Shown here: piece by piece, positions 27,075-39,575 of the stretch
How positions within the stretch are numbered: position 1 is the stretch's first letter
Layout: each line of letters starts with the position of its first letter
From: Lytechinus pictus
Taxonomy: Eukaryota
DNA: 64,000 nt
Direction: 5' to 3'
Assembly (NCBI RefSeq): GCF_037042905.1
Contig: NC_087245.1
Span: 37,388,001 to 37,452,000 of the forward strand
Made by a program: the position numbers and the translations under genes
The notes under the pieces: model-generated
Databases searched by the model: none
Seen by the model: only the letters and a program-made list of their open reading frames with translations
Told to the model about the DNA's origin: nothing

Positions 27075-28054
27075 CCATGTCCTCCTGAAGTTCTGAGTAC
27101 AACCTTCGACCTTTATGATATGATTTTAGCACAGTGCGTGATTTCCACTTGAGGGTATTTTAATCAGTCTCTTTTAGGCCAAAGGATATGATTTAATCAA
27201 ACCATGGAAGTCCCTTTTTATTACCTCCATGATCGAACCATCCTATTATATTTTGCTATGACATCTAATGAAGAAAGGCAGGATTATCATATCTACCATA
27301 TCCACCTTTATACATGGACTATAGGCAGTCAAAATAATGGTGCCACTTCACCACCTCTGCTTTTGAAGTTGAGTGGAGAAAATTGACACACCTATATAGA
27401 CCCAAATCATAACATAACGTGTAAAATACTCAGCTGACATATGTGGTAATGTACATTCACATTTAAGCACAGAGGTAAAAGAAGAGACTACACCCACATA
27501 TTTGCATATTCTATGAAAATGTAAAATTGAGTGTAAAATACACTGTAGGTACATGTATATTACAGTACACAATGTATGTGTAATATGCCTACGTACGGTG
27601 TATTTTACATACCAATAGTTGCCTGAATTCATTACCTCAATCACACTCTATTCAATGCGTGACAGCCCCTGGCCCCCTGTATAAAGGTGAGGGGAGGGGA
27701 GGGGGCAACAATTATGTAATACATGTCTGTAATCTCCTTATTATGTCTGGGGATGAAGTGTGAACATGGATTGATCACTCTAATCACACTGTAATAATCT
27801 GTTTACAGTTATAAACCAATGATAAGACAATATCCTGCTGATTGACATTTTAAAGACAAGGGAAGTTGGATGGAATAGAAAATAAAATATATTCAAGGAA
27901 AATAACTGACCTTTTTTTAATTATAGACATCCTGTGAAATTGGAATATAAGTACTTGTTTCTTTGATAAATATGACTTCCAGTTTTCATTGGCTAACTAC
28001 CAGAAAGTCTTAATGAAATTTACAAACTGTACAGGTAGCTCACTATAATACATA

Positions 28055-28200
28055 ATTTTTTATTTTTATTTATTTATAACAGTTTATTTCAACAAGGGTA
28101 TCTATAGCGGCTGAAAAGCGGAATTGCATAACCCTTTACAATCATTTACATAAAAATACAATCAAAACAACAACAAATTTTTTTTAAAAGCTCAATTTAC
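28055..28200 (-). mobile_element. LINE 3' tail remnant
   Basis: T-rich tail plus a hairpin (AAGGGT...ACCCTT), organised like the tail of the fragment at 53145-53195. Confidence 0.4.
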
Positions 28201-28463
28201 ACGAGTTCTACATCATAAGAAATATCAAAACACATAGAAAGGTTGTTTATCATGTTGGGGGTGCATGTATTAAATTATGAAGTGATGTTGTACAGTCTTA
28301 CTGATATCGAAAATAGACTCAACTAGATGCTTTCAGTCCACCAATATACTGGTAAATTAATTTGTTCAAAATACCTGAAAATTATGTTCTTTATTTATAC
28401 CAACATGAACCAGATCTTCAGATATGATCTTAAAAAAACAAGTGGAGAACTGATTGGATATCC

Positions 28464-28691
28464 CACTGGCGGATCCGGGGGGGGGGGGGGGGGGGGGCAT
28501 GGCATAGCCGGCCCACCACCCCCCCCCCCTTTCAAGAGGCACCATTAAAATTTGTAATGTAAAAATGCCGTTAAAACACAAGTGTGCCCCCCCCTTGAAA
28601 ATGAAGACCTTTTTTTTTTTTTTTTGCTTGTCAAATTTTTCCTAGGGAAAACATGCCCCCCCCCTTATAGAAAATCCTGGATCTGCCCCTG
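28464..28691. mobile_element. hAT-like GC-rich MITE
   Basis: CACTGGCGGATCC ... GGATCTGCCCCTG, with 8-bp TSD (G/C)GATATCC. Relatives at 50650 and 51340-51641. Confidence 0.8.
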
Positions 28692-28947
28692 CGATATCCC
28701 TATTTCTGGATCTTGTTTTACGCTACATGTAGCACTGATTACATGCAGAATAAAAATCAATTTTTCAACAGGTCTAGATTGCACAGCTGTTTCTTTTCCG
28801 AGGATACAAGAAAGACTGGTCTTTCAACAGACAAAGCAAATACAGAAGCTTGTTGTTTTCAATATTTCACAGAGTTTGGTCACTTAAACTGTCAGAACTT
28901 ACATGTACATTGCATGTATGTTGACTTGAATATGTAATGATAACAAT

Positions 28948-29331
28948 TAAAGTGATTGGTTAACATTGGTTGACTTTTAAAAAATCTGAGCTAGAAGGTC
29001 ACACTTGTCACCTGTGTCTGTGATATGTTACAAAAATGAAGCCCAGAAAAAATTGCGTTCGAAAATAATTATTTAGTGCTTCAAAAATTGAAATATAAAG
29101 TGACCGAAAACACCATCTTAATTTCATCCCATACACTTATGTGTACTATTTAGGCGTCTATAAGACGCCTATTTACAAAATCGGGGTTTGCCTTGTAGTT
29201 TTAGCTTTTCATTCTCAATAATGGTTGTTTTCAGGGTTTATTAGTTCTAATACATACACTTTTACACATGTTTCATCTTGGTTTGAGAATTTTTTTAATC
29301 GGCTGCTCACAAAGTTAAACAATACCTTTAA
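28948..29331. mobile_element. TTAA-flanked non-autonomous element (Kolobok-type)
   Basis: TTAAAGTGATTGGTTAAC ... GTTAAACAATACCTTTAA imperfect TIR. Confidence 0.6.
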
Positions 29332-29484
29332 CCTCGATTTTAAAGACGTTCTCTCCAGAATAACTGTCCATTGCCCATTCTTGAGTTTGGTTTTAAATCT
29401 CGATGACATACATGTATGTAAGTAAATATGTAAGCCTCTGCCCAATGTTATAATGCTCCAAATAGTTAAAGTCAAATACAGGTA

Positions 29485-29714
29485 CAATTGTGCTCAAAAG
29501 TTAGTGAACCCCACCACAAAATGCACTCCGTCATGCCGAGTGTTGAATGTAGACTGTCACAACACTACAATGTTCAGAGAGCCCCAAGAAAATTTAATTT
29601 AATGAAATATTTTATTACCCGACTTCACAATTAAATATCTAAAACATGGCAGAATTTGAACACCTGAAATATGTTCATACTCTGGTGGGGTTCACTAACT
29701 TTTGAGCACCAGTG
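29485..29714. mobile_element. Tc1/mariner-type MITE
   Basis: TA|CAATTGTGCTCAAAAGTTAGTGAACCCCACCA ... TGGTGGGGTTCACTAACTTTTGAGCACCAGTG|TA. Confidence 0.85.
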
Positions 29715-30324
29715 TATATCATCGTACCGGCAATCTATGACATTCCTTGGCTGGTGACCAACATTCACGACATTTTTCAGAATAATAATAATTAATATGC
29801 ATATATCAAACAATAAAACCAGTGTAGGTGTATTAAACCTGAATGATATTAAAAATTGTTTATGGGGGAAACTCCCATCTCGGCCTACTTCTATTGTGCT
29901 ATTCATTACAGACTACTGCTCTCTGGAATTGCACATCACACATTCCTATTGGAAATGGGTGATCACAATAGGGAAAATCTAGGTATAAAGGAAGTTCATA
30001 TATATACATGTATATCAGTTTGGACATTCCATGTGTCTTTAATACACTCTTTGATGATCTGTCAATACAGGTATTGATTCTTCCCAAATCCCCAAACAAA
30101 ATTTCTGAATTCACCAGATTTTTACCAAATACCATAATTCATATCCTCAGCATTATTAAAAGAGAAATCTTTTTCCAAATAAAATGACAATGAACATCTC
30201 ATCTATCTGCTGCTTGTACTTAAATTAAAACATTCTCTCCATTGAAGTCTCATCTTGTCTTACAAAGTCTTGTTATTTTGTAGTCGTACATACGTGCATA
30301 AAAAGGGAATGACATGAAAAAAGA

Positions 30325-30620
30325 ATAGGAAGGATTTATGTGAACACAGCTGTACATGTATACAGAGTTATAATTCAAATTAGGATGGATTATGTGAACA
30401 CAGTTGTATAGAGTTTTAAAGTAGGACAGATTAATGTGAACACAGATGAACAGAGTTTTAAAACTAGGATTGATTTATATGAACATAGCTGTGTAGCGTT
30501 TTAAAAACTAGGATGAGATCGTATGAACACAGTTGTATATGTTTACATACAATGTATGGACTTGTGTGAACATAGCTGTAGTTTAAAAAAAAAGGATGGA
30601 TTTGTGTGAACATAGCCGTT
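30325..30620. repeat. ~41-bp diverged minisatellite, about 7 copies
   Basis: TAGGAT..ATT.ATGTGAACACAG.TGTA..GAGTTTTAAA recurs. Confidence 0.8.
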
Positions 30621-31612
30621 GAGTAGTACTGCTCTAGTCTGGAGAGCGAGCAAAAGAGTGTACCCTACCGGAGTTGGGTTATAATTGGCAATAGGAAGTA
30701 GGGGACCTCTTCTCAGCCTTCCGTTCAACGATTGACTTAAAGATGACAGCTACCGTCAGCTCCCCCACAAACCTCACAAAAAGAAAGCAAGAAAATGGGG
30801 ACATGCTGGAGAAAAGTAATCTCAAGATTGCTCCAAGAAGACAAGAAAAAGAACAGAAAAGGAAAATGAGAAAACTCCAATCACATGATTTGTGGTTTAA
30901 AGCAAAATTAGTCTCCTCACATAAAACAAAAGTTCAGCAACAACAAAAGATTCACACAATGTTATTTTTAGGATTTCATTTGCAGTATTAAAGAAACTTA
31001 AAACTTTTTGAAAATGTTTCTTGCAATAGAAAAGTTTCAAATTTCTGCCACATGGTAGTTGCATGTGTAGTCTGTTCCAGAGGTTTACTTGAAAAAAAGA
31101 AATTAAATTGCTAACTAAGGTTTACTTAACATCTTTATATCAATACAAAGAGTAAACATACACCAATTTCTTGAAATATAGACCCTTGTGAATGACAGTC
31201 CAAAGTGCATATGATACAAGTATGTCTATGAAAAATCCATAGATTATTTTTGCAATTTGCACACACATAGTGGGAGAATTTATCATAGACATGTACTCTA
31301 TGCGTAGTCAGAATTTATTGAAAAGAGTATTTCGAAGCAAATATGTATGAATACAAATGATTGAATGGAGAGGTGTGTTTCTTAGACCTAAACAAAGTCC
31401 AAATATACGAGGATTGAAAGATAGAAATAATAGTTTACTCTATTAGGAGTGCTTTCAGCAAAAAAGTGAAACACTGCAAGAAAATTTTCAACGGACACAA
31501 AAAGATATGACAGCTCCTACTGCAAACCATGATTTCATAAACACAGTGTGTCTATTGCGCTACATGTACATGCCCTACATAGCACCACTACAATCTACAA
31601 CCCTGTGAGGTT

Positions 31613-34600
31613 TGAGGCATGTTTGAAAATAAGCTTGTAACCGATTTTGCAATCGGCAACCGATTCCATTCGATTTCACCACAATCATCAATCACTTGCC
31701 GATCTTCGATCATGCCCCTTGAAGGAAAAAATCGAAAATAAAAAATCGGCGTAGATCTGGTTACAGTGCGTGATCGCTCAGAACATATTTCAAGATTGTT
31801 TTTGAGGTGCTAGCTATTTAGAGGTCGCATTATTCAGGGAGAAAGACGCGGTATTATCTATGGCGATGTTTAAGAGGATAGATATCTTCTCTTCCAACTC
31901 ATGGTGATAGCGGATGCCGCCGTGAACTTTGAAAGGTCGTATTACCGACGGAGCTCACTGCGTTACTCTCTTACATCGTTTATGATTATATACATTTTAT
32001 TTTCAACCTCGTGGTGATAGCGGATGCCGCCGTGAACTTTGAAAGGTCGTATTACCGACGGAGCTCAATGCGCTACTCTCTAACCCCGTTTATAATGATA
32101 TAAATCTTCTCTTCAACCTCGTGGTGATAGCGGACCCCGCCGTAAACTTTTAAAGAGTGTACTATTGACGGAGCTTATTGCGTTACTCTCTTACATCGTT
32201 TATGATGATATTCATTTTATTTTCAACCTCGTGGTGATAGCGGACCCCGCCATAAACTTTTAAAGACTGTACTATTGACGGAGCTTATTGCGTTGCTCTC
32301 TTACATCGTTTATGATGATATTCATTTTATTTTCAACCTCGTGGTGATAGCGGAAGCCGCCGTGAACTTTGAATGGTCGTATTACCGACGGAGCTCACTG
32401 CGCTACTCTCTAACCCCGTTTATAATGATATAAATCTTCTCTTCAACCTCGTGGTGATAGCGGACCCCGCCGTAAACTCTTAAAGAGTGTACTATTGACG
32501 GAGCTTATTGCGTTACTCTCTTACATCGTTTATGATGATATTCATTTTATTTTCAACCTCGTGGTGATAGCGGACCCCGCCATAAACTTTTAAAGACTGT
32601 ACTATTGACGGAGCTTATTGCGTTGCTCTCTTACATCGTTTATGATGATATTCATTTTATTTTCAACCTCGTGGTGATTGCGGAAGCCGCCGTGAACTTT
32701 GAAAGGTCGTATTACCGACGGAGCTCACTGCGCTACTCTCTAACCCCGTTTATAATGATATAAATCTTCTCTTCAACCTCGTGGTGATAGCGGACCCCGC
32801 CATAAACTTTTAAAGACTGTACTATTGACGGAGCTTATTGCGTTGCTCTCTTACATCGTTTATGATGATATTCATTTTATTTTCAACCTCGTGGTGATTG
32901 CGGAAGCCGCCGTGAACTTTGAAAGGTCGTATTACCGACGGAGCTCACTGCGCTACTCTCTAACCCCGTTTATAATGATATAAATCTTCTCTTCAACCTC
33001 GTGGTGATAGCGGACCCCGCCATAAACTTTTAAAGACTGTACTATTGACGGAGCTTATTGCGTTGCTCTCTTACATCGTTTATGATGATATACATTTTAT
33101 TTTCAACCTCGTGGTGATAGCGGACCCCGCCGTGAACTTTTAAAGATCGTGCTACTGACGGAGCTCATTGCGTTACTCTCTTACATCGTTTATAATGATA
33201 TAAATCTTCTCTTCAACCTCGTGGTGATAGCGGACCCCGCCATAAACTTTTAAAGACTGTACTATTGACGGAGCTTATTGCGTTGCTCTCTTACATCGTT
33301 TATGATGATATTCATTTTATTTTCAACCTCGTGGTGATAGCGGAAGCCGCCGTGAACTTTGAAAGGTCGTATTACCGACGGAGCTCACTGCGCTACTCTC
33401 TAACCCCGTTTATAATGATATAAATCTTCTCTTCAACCTCGTGGTGATAGCGGACCCCGCCATAAACTTTTAAAGACTGTACTATTGACGGAGCTTATTG
33501 CGTTACTCTCTTACATCGTTTATGATGATATTAATTTTATTTTCAACCTCGTGGTGATAGCGGAAGCCGCCGTGAACTTTGTAAGGTCGTATTACCGACG
33601 GAGCTCACTGCGCTACTCTCTTACCCCCTTTATAATGATATAAATATTCTCTTCAACCTCGTGGTGATAGCGGACCCCGCCATAAACTTTTAAAGACTGT
33701 ACTATTGACGGAGCTTATTGAGTTACTCTCTTACATCGTTTATGATGATATACATTTTATTTTCAACCTCGTGGTGATAGCGGACCCCGCCGTAAACTTT
33801 TAAAGATCGTGCTACTGACGGAGCTCATTGCGTTACTCTCTTACATCGTTTATAATGATATAAATCTTCTCTTCAACCTCGTGGTGATAGCGGACCCCGC
33901 CATAAACTTTTAAAGACTGTACTATTGACGGAGCTTATTGCGTTGCTCTCTTACATCGTTTATGATGATATTCATTTTATTTTCAACCTCGTGGTGATAG
34001 CGGATGCCGCCGTGAACTTTGAAAGGTCGTATTACCGACGGAGCTCACTGCGCTACTCTCTTACCTCCCTTATAATGATATAAATCTTCTCTTCAACCTC
34101 GTGGTGATAGCGGACCCCGCCATAAACTTTTAAAGACTGTACTATTGACGGAGCTTATTGCGTTACTCTCTTACATCGTTTATGATGATATACATTTTAT
34201 TTTCAATCTCGTGGTGATAGCGGATGCCGCCGTGAACTTTGAAAGGTCGTATTACCGACGGAGCTCACTGCGCTACTCTCTTACCCCCTTTATGATGATA
34301 GACATCTTCTCTTCAACCTCGTGGTGATAGCGGACCCCGCCGTGAACTTCAAATTGATTTGAAAACGCTAGCTACCCAAAACATTTTAATAACATATTTC
34401 AAATCATCGTGCGTGCTTGCGTCTTTTACTTCATTTTAATTGCACTTGCGACTTTAAGATGATGCGTCGTAAGAGATCATTCCAATAATTCTAAATCGCT
34501 AGCACCTAAAAATACTTCTAAAAGATGTCCCGCCGATCGTTCATTAACCTGTGATCTATGAGAAATATTTTCATTTTATTTTCCTTTGCGCCTTTGCTCG

Positions 34601-34917
34601 GAAGATGCGTCTTTCGTTTATCTTTCTAATAACAATCACTCGGTTTATTTTAAAGCAATAACACCTCAAAACCCCTGGCTTTAAAACATGTTCCAAACGA
34701 TCGCGCATGTTGGCGACTTCCATTCCAATGCATTCGTCTTTGTGACTTTGTCAGGAAGATGCGCGCGACCGCGAAACACATTTTGATGTATTCCTTTGTT
34801 TTTAAACATCGCCGATTCGATTTTCGATTCGATTTCGATTTTAGAAGCTCAACTGCCGATCCGATTTTCGATCTGATTTTTGATCCGATTTACAACATTA
34901 TTTGAAAAGCATGTTCA
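31613..34917. mobile_element. Putative foldback-like non-autonomous element carrying the 110-bp array
   Basis: Imperfect terminal inverted match (31613-31640 vs 34890-34917). Inner inverted match TTTGAGGTGCTAGCTATTTAGA (31801-31822) vs TCTAAATCGCTAGCACCTAAAA (34490-34511). Both ends are rich in CGAT/ATCG. Confidence 0.5.
31898..34350. repeat. 110-bp tandem satellite array, 22 full units plus a partial unit, with higher-order organisation
   Basis: CTCGTGGTGATAGCGG (or a 1-nt variant) recurs exactly every 110 bp (31898, 32008, 32118 ... 34318). Unit variants A, B, B' and C can be told apart. Confidence 0.97.
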
Positions 34918-35106
34918 GAAACTAAGGAACTAAATGTTAAACCTGAAATTGATAAAAAAGACAAAAAAATATTTACAAAATACTGCAAAGCTTAAATTTA
35001 TGAATCCTGCACTCCCTGAGTTAAGCAACATTTACTTTTCTATTAGTATTATACAAAATCATGGTTTAATATGCATATTTAGTCACAAATTATATTGTTC
35101 TATGAA

Positions 35107-35422
35107 TAGGGTTCCCACAGAAATTTGAAAATTCCATGACTTTTCCATGACTAAATTGCTGCTTTCCATGACTTCCTGCGATGTCCCAGGAGTTATGTAG
35201 AACTTGGGATGTCACAAAACTGGGAAAATGGAAATCATTATACACCAATTATAATAGCAGAGTATGAGAGTTGCGAGACACGACAAACTGGAAAGCTGCC
35301 GTAGCCAAGAGGCAAATACAATTCCATGACTTTTCACAAATTTTCCAAATTCCCTGACTTTTCCCTGACTTTCCATGACCTAAAAATTTTTTCCAGGATT
35401 TTCCATGACTGAGGGATCCCAG
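35107..35422. mobile_element. hAT-like MITE with subterminal TTCCATGAC repeats
   Basis: TAGGGTTCCC ... GGGATCCCAG, multiple TTCC(A/C)TGACT motifs, flanked by ATGAA on both sides. Confidence 0.65.
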
Positions 35423-36289
35423 ATGAATGCACATAAATTTTTTTTTTTTTCGAGTTCTAGTGCAAATCAATGCTCATACCATGTACCATCATTTCAATAT
35501 CAGCTAAGTTTACATTTTTTATTTCAAATTAATAGGGTAACTATACCATTGTACAAATATACTCTGCATGTTACATCGCTTCATGATCCTATACGTTCTG
35601 GCACACATGAATTCTTGGGCAAAACAATGCATAAATTATAATTTTGTTATTGTACAATATCTACAGTCAGTATTCAGATAAACTTAATTATATCATATGT
35701 ATAATCTCCTGCGTCTAATATGTGGAGCCATTCTGACAGATCAAGATCAGAGATTACTTTTTGAGCATAAATTCTTCGTGACGACTAGAGGAGGGCGCGA
35801 GGGAAGGCAAGGATATCAGTCATGTAGATGAGAGCGATTAAAGACGCTGATGGTGTGAAGAATGGGCTAATTTAGTCTCGTTCGACTCCCCTGATAATTC
35901 AAAAGTTTCTCAGAAAAAACCTGCATGAACTACAGTAACTCTTAATAAGGCATGACAAATGAACACAGAATAGCGAAGAGGAAAGATATGTGAAGAGTCA
36001 TATGGATCTAGGTGCCAGCATTCCAATATTCTTTTAACATACTTAAATGTATCTCAGATTGATTTTAAATATTTTTTATAATATCAATATTCCTTTACAT
36101 TCCTTTATTATACTTTAATCAAATGTATGTGTGCATGTGATGAACATAAATCTAGAAAAAGATGGAAAAAAAATAAAAAGCTTGTATTTCATCCCCTACT
36201 GTACAATGTACTGTACGTCTATGTTTTCATCGCATACATGTACGTTGGTTTATTTCTTAAAGCTTACCGTCATTTTTTTTCACATAAGT

Positions 36290-36640
36290 TTGTATGAAAA
36301 TCATCAGTATGAAGATGATGATGAAATACTTTCTTTTAATTTAATCAAGAAAAGATTTACTGCAAATTCCAACATTTCTTTAGAGAGACTATTGAAAAAC
36401 ACCGGTACAAAAAAATAGGAAAACCAGTAAACGTACAAGTCAAGACAAATACGATAGTATAAAGTCATCCTTAAGTTATCATCCAACTGCAATTCAAAGT
36501 TCAATGTCGAAGTGTAATATGACTTGACCCAACACCTTTTGTTTGACACCTTGAGGGAATCAAAATGACAAAAGTTTCTGTGAATGTTGTTACTTTTTAC
36601 ACCTGTCAAATGTGCATAAACAAAATTCACCTTTCAACTT
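36290..36640 (-). mobile_element. Degenerate CR1/L2-type LINE C-terminal fragment
   Basis: Minus ORF ends FNSLSKEMLEFAVNLFLIKLKESI, resembling the WNSLP...FK.KLK end of these ORF2 proteins. Confidence 0.45.
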
Positions 36641-37429
36641 CCCAGTAAAATATGATCGCTGTAGTTGGGGCCTCACATATTCATACTCATTAGCTGCTGA
36701 TATAACTTTTACTGTTACAAGAGTCTAAATATTGCAATGATTACCCGGTAGTTTTTATTTTCAAGAAGGCAGTTATTGAGTAAAATAAGCATACAGCTGA
36801 ACATGTAGATTCTACTTTTACTTTGGGATTTGAAGTTAGTCAATTTCATTTTGTTATCAAATCTATTGTATGGTTTAAAATGGAGATGTGAAATGGCTCC
36901 ATTGTTAAAATTACTTTTATGTGTACATGCAGAACAATAAACATGCACTTCTAATGGCAGGAAAATAACCATGCAATAGAATGTAATTCAGAACAACAAG
37001 GATTATCTTGACGGGGTTTACTAGATATACAGGAAGTTTTAACAGTACCCCCTTCCAGTTCAATTTCCCATTGTCTTCCTATACCCATATTATACTTCCT
37101 TCAGAAGCTACATGGGCACTTGAGGTACAAGTTATACAAGGGTTGGTTTAAAAAATGCAGAAAGGGTGATTCCATTCTAAATTGACTCATTCTCAGTTCA
37201 ATAGAATTTTCTAAAAGTTATATCTTCAGTTATTAAATAATAATGTAGAGTTAAGAGTAGACAAGCAAACATACTGCAGGTCATAAAAAATATTAAAATA
37301 GATGAAAAATACATGGGCCTCCCTCAAACGCGTTTTTCTCTTACACATGAACAGGTGCTCAAGAGAATGAGGTGCTAAAATCCATAATGTAATAATTCAA
37401 TATCCACAAAAGTAACAGAAAATATTTGG

Positions 37430-38065
37430 CACATGTTTGAGAATTTTTACAATTTTACCAAATTGGCCGAAGATCAGAACAAGTTGAGATCATCAATAAT
37501 TTTTGGTACACTAGACTTATAGCCGTATCGAGGATAAGATCAACAAAAGTTTGAGTAAAATAGGACTAGCAATAGAAGAGTTATGAGCATTTGAATGTAG
37601 AGATCACTAATGCTATGGAGATCCTCCCTTTGGCAATGCGACCAAGATCTATGATGTCACAGATGAACAACTCTCCCCTTTTGGACACTGAAAATATACC
37701 CCAAAACATCTCTTTTTGCTCATTCTAATCATATGACAAACGATTCATCAATGATATAATGTTGTGAAACCTCTGTACTTGTCCTCTCATAAAGAGAACA
37801 CCTCACCTTGTGATAGACTCTATAAAAGTGAGAATATAAGTGAAATAAGTACTAAAGTAATGAGGGAGTTGTACGTGTGTGACATCACAGATCTTGGTCG
37901 CATTGCCAATGGGAGGATCTACATGGCATTAGTGATCTCAATATTCAAATGCTCATAACTTTCTTATTATTCATTCAATCTTCCTCAAACTTTCAACAAT
38001 ATGTTTCTTTGATTTTTCTCTTTGATATGGATTCAGCAGGTTTCAAGGGTTTCATTCTCCTTTAA
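37430..38065. mobile_element. Palindromic Kolobok-type MITE (left end unclear)
   Basis: ~80-bp inverted arms (37581-37660 vs 37879-37958). Right end CATTCTCCTTTAA. Confidence 0.65.
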
Positions 38066-38531
38066 TTCAGGATCCACTGTTCTGGGGGACAATTCTGCAC
38101 AAGGTGTGTAGGCCTATGTACATTGTATCTCTTTAGATGTGCGATAGTTTCAGTTAAAAGTTCTCATCTCTTCGATCTAAAAATTCCTGCCTTTAATATT
38201 TCTTTATAGTACTTAGTATCCCTTTCAACAACCACTTCAGAGTTTTGTTCTAGTTTCAAAAAGGAAGTGAACAGCATATTTCTGGCCGCAGTTCTCATTC
38301 TTTTGCGAGAATCACTTTCAGACCAGCCCCACAGGTATAGATAGAGGAAGTTACACCTTCCATCATGCAGTGAAGGGGAATGTGGTCCTTCACAAATTTC
38401 TTACTTTTTCCCCCCTGTATTTTATGAACACACAGTTCAAAGGAAAACTCTTTGAAAACCTACATAATGCATGATGTCATATAAAAGGGGAGGGGAATGG
38501 AAGGGAGATTCACTGTAAGCCTGAACACTAA

Positions 38532-38688
38532 GAGGCCGTTCTCATTACGCTTTCTTATACTAGTTTACTGGAAACCGATTCAGGAAACCAGTTTGGAAGA
38601 TCGCTTCGACCGTTCTCACTACACGTTAAAACTAGTTTCTAGTTTTCAGTAAACTAGTCTTAGGAAGGTAGTGCATGCACACGGTGTC
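38532..38688. mobile_element. Shorter copy of the 19097 MITE family
   Basis: Shares CCGTTCTCATTACGC, ACTAGTTT and GGAAACCGATTCAGGAAACCAG with 19097-19337 in reverse orientation. Confidence 0.7.
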
Positions 38689-39154
38689 TAACTATAGGCA
38701 GATACATCTACTCTCTTAAACTGCTTTCACATAAACCAGTTTTTAATAATAAGAAATCAGTTTAGAAGATCGCTTTGCTAGCATTCTCATCATCATCTTT
38801 CGAAGTTCTTCGTCATGGATTCAAAATCAAAATCACTTGCCAAATAAATTTAAGAAAAAATTATTCTTAATTTTTTAAACAGGTTTAAGTACATGTATAC
38901 AGAAATGGCCAGAGCTAAAGTCGAGTGATCACTTATTCCACAAGATGTACACTGTATGTACATGTACTTACATCATATTGTAAAGAACTTTTCCCAGCAG
39001 GCACGGTTTGTGTGTGTTGCCTGCTTTTACATGGGAAAAACAAATTCAATGGGCGTAATAACACAAGGTGTGACAAAAATCATTAAGAGAGAAAAAAAAA
39101 ATACTAACAGATTAAAACTGTAGTGCAACTCCTGGCCGGTATGCAAATTGGCAA

Positions 39155-39575
39155 ACTGATGACGTCACTCACTCACTATTTCTTTTGTATTTTATTACAT
39201 GAAATATAAAATATTTTAATTTTCTCCTCCTTGTCAAGTGAAAAAAGTTTTATTTCTCCCTGAACATGTGGAATTACCATTATTTTAACAGTTTATGGTT
39301 AAGTTAATTTGATCCTTATTGTCAAATCTGTAAAAATTTAAATATTGTATTATTCAAATAAAAAACAAAAGAAATAGTGATGGACATCATCGACTCTCTC
39401 ATTTGCATATCGCTGAGTTGTGCATTCAACTATTTTGTGAAAAATAAGAGAAACTTGAAAAAGTCATAACTTTCTTATTTTACATCCGATTTCGATGAAA
39501 TTTGCAGTGTTATGTTTGTTTGATTTTTCTCTATCGATTCAAATCAACAATTTTCTGGGTTGGACTTGACCTTTA
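39155..39575. mobile_element. Truncated copy of the same Kolobok-type MITE family
   Basis: Internal sequence and right end TGGACTTGACCTTTA are present; the left arm is missing. Confidence 0.75.

Noticed and set aside
31898..34350. Regular repeat array as a CRISPR locus
   Set aside because: The whole 110-bp unit repeats, with no unique spacers and no cas genes, in a eukaryotic context.
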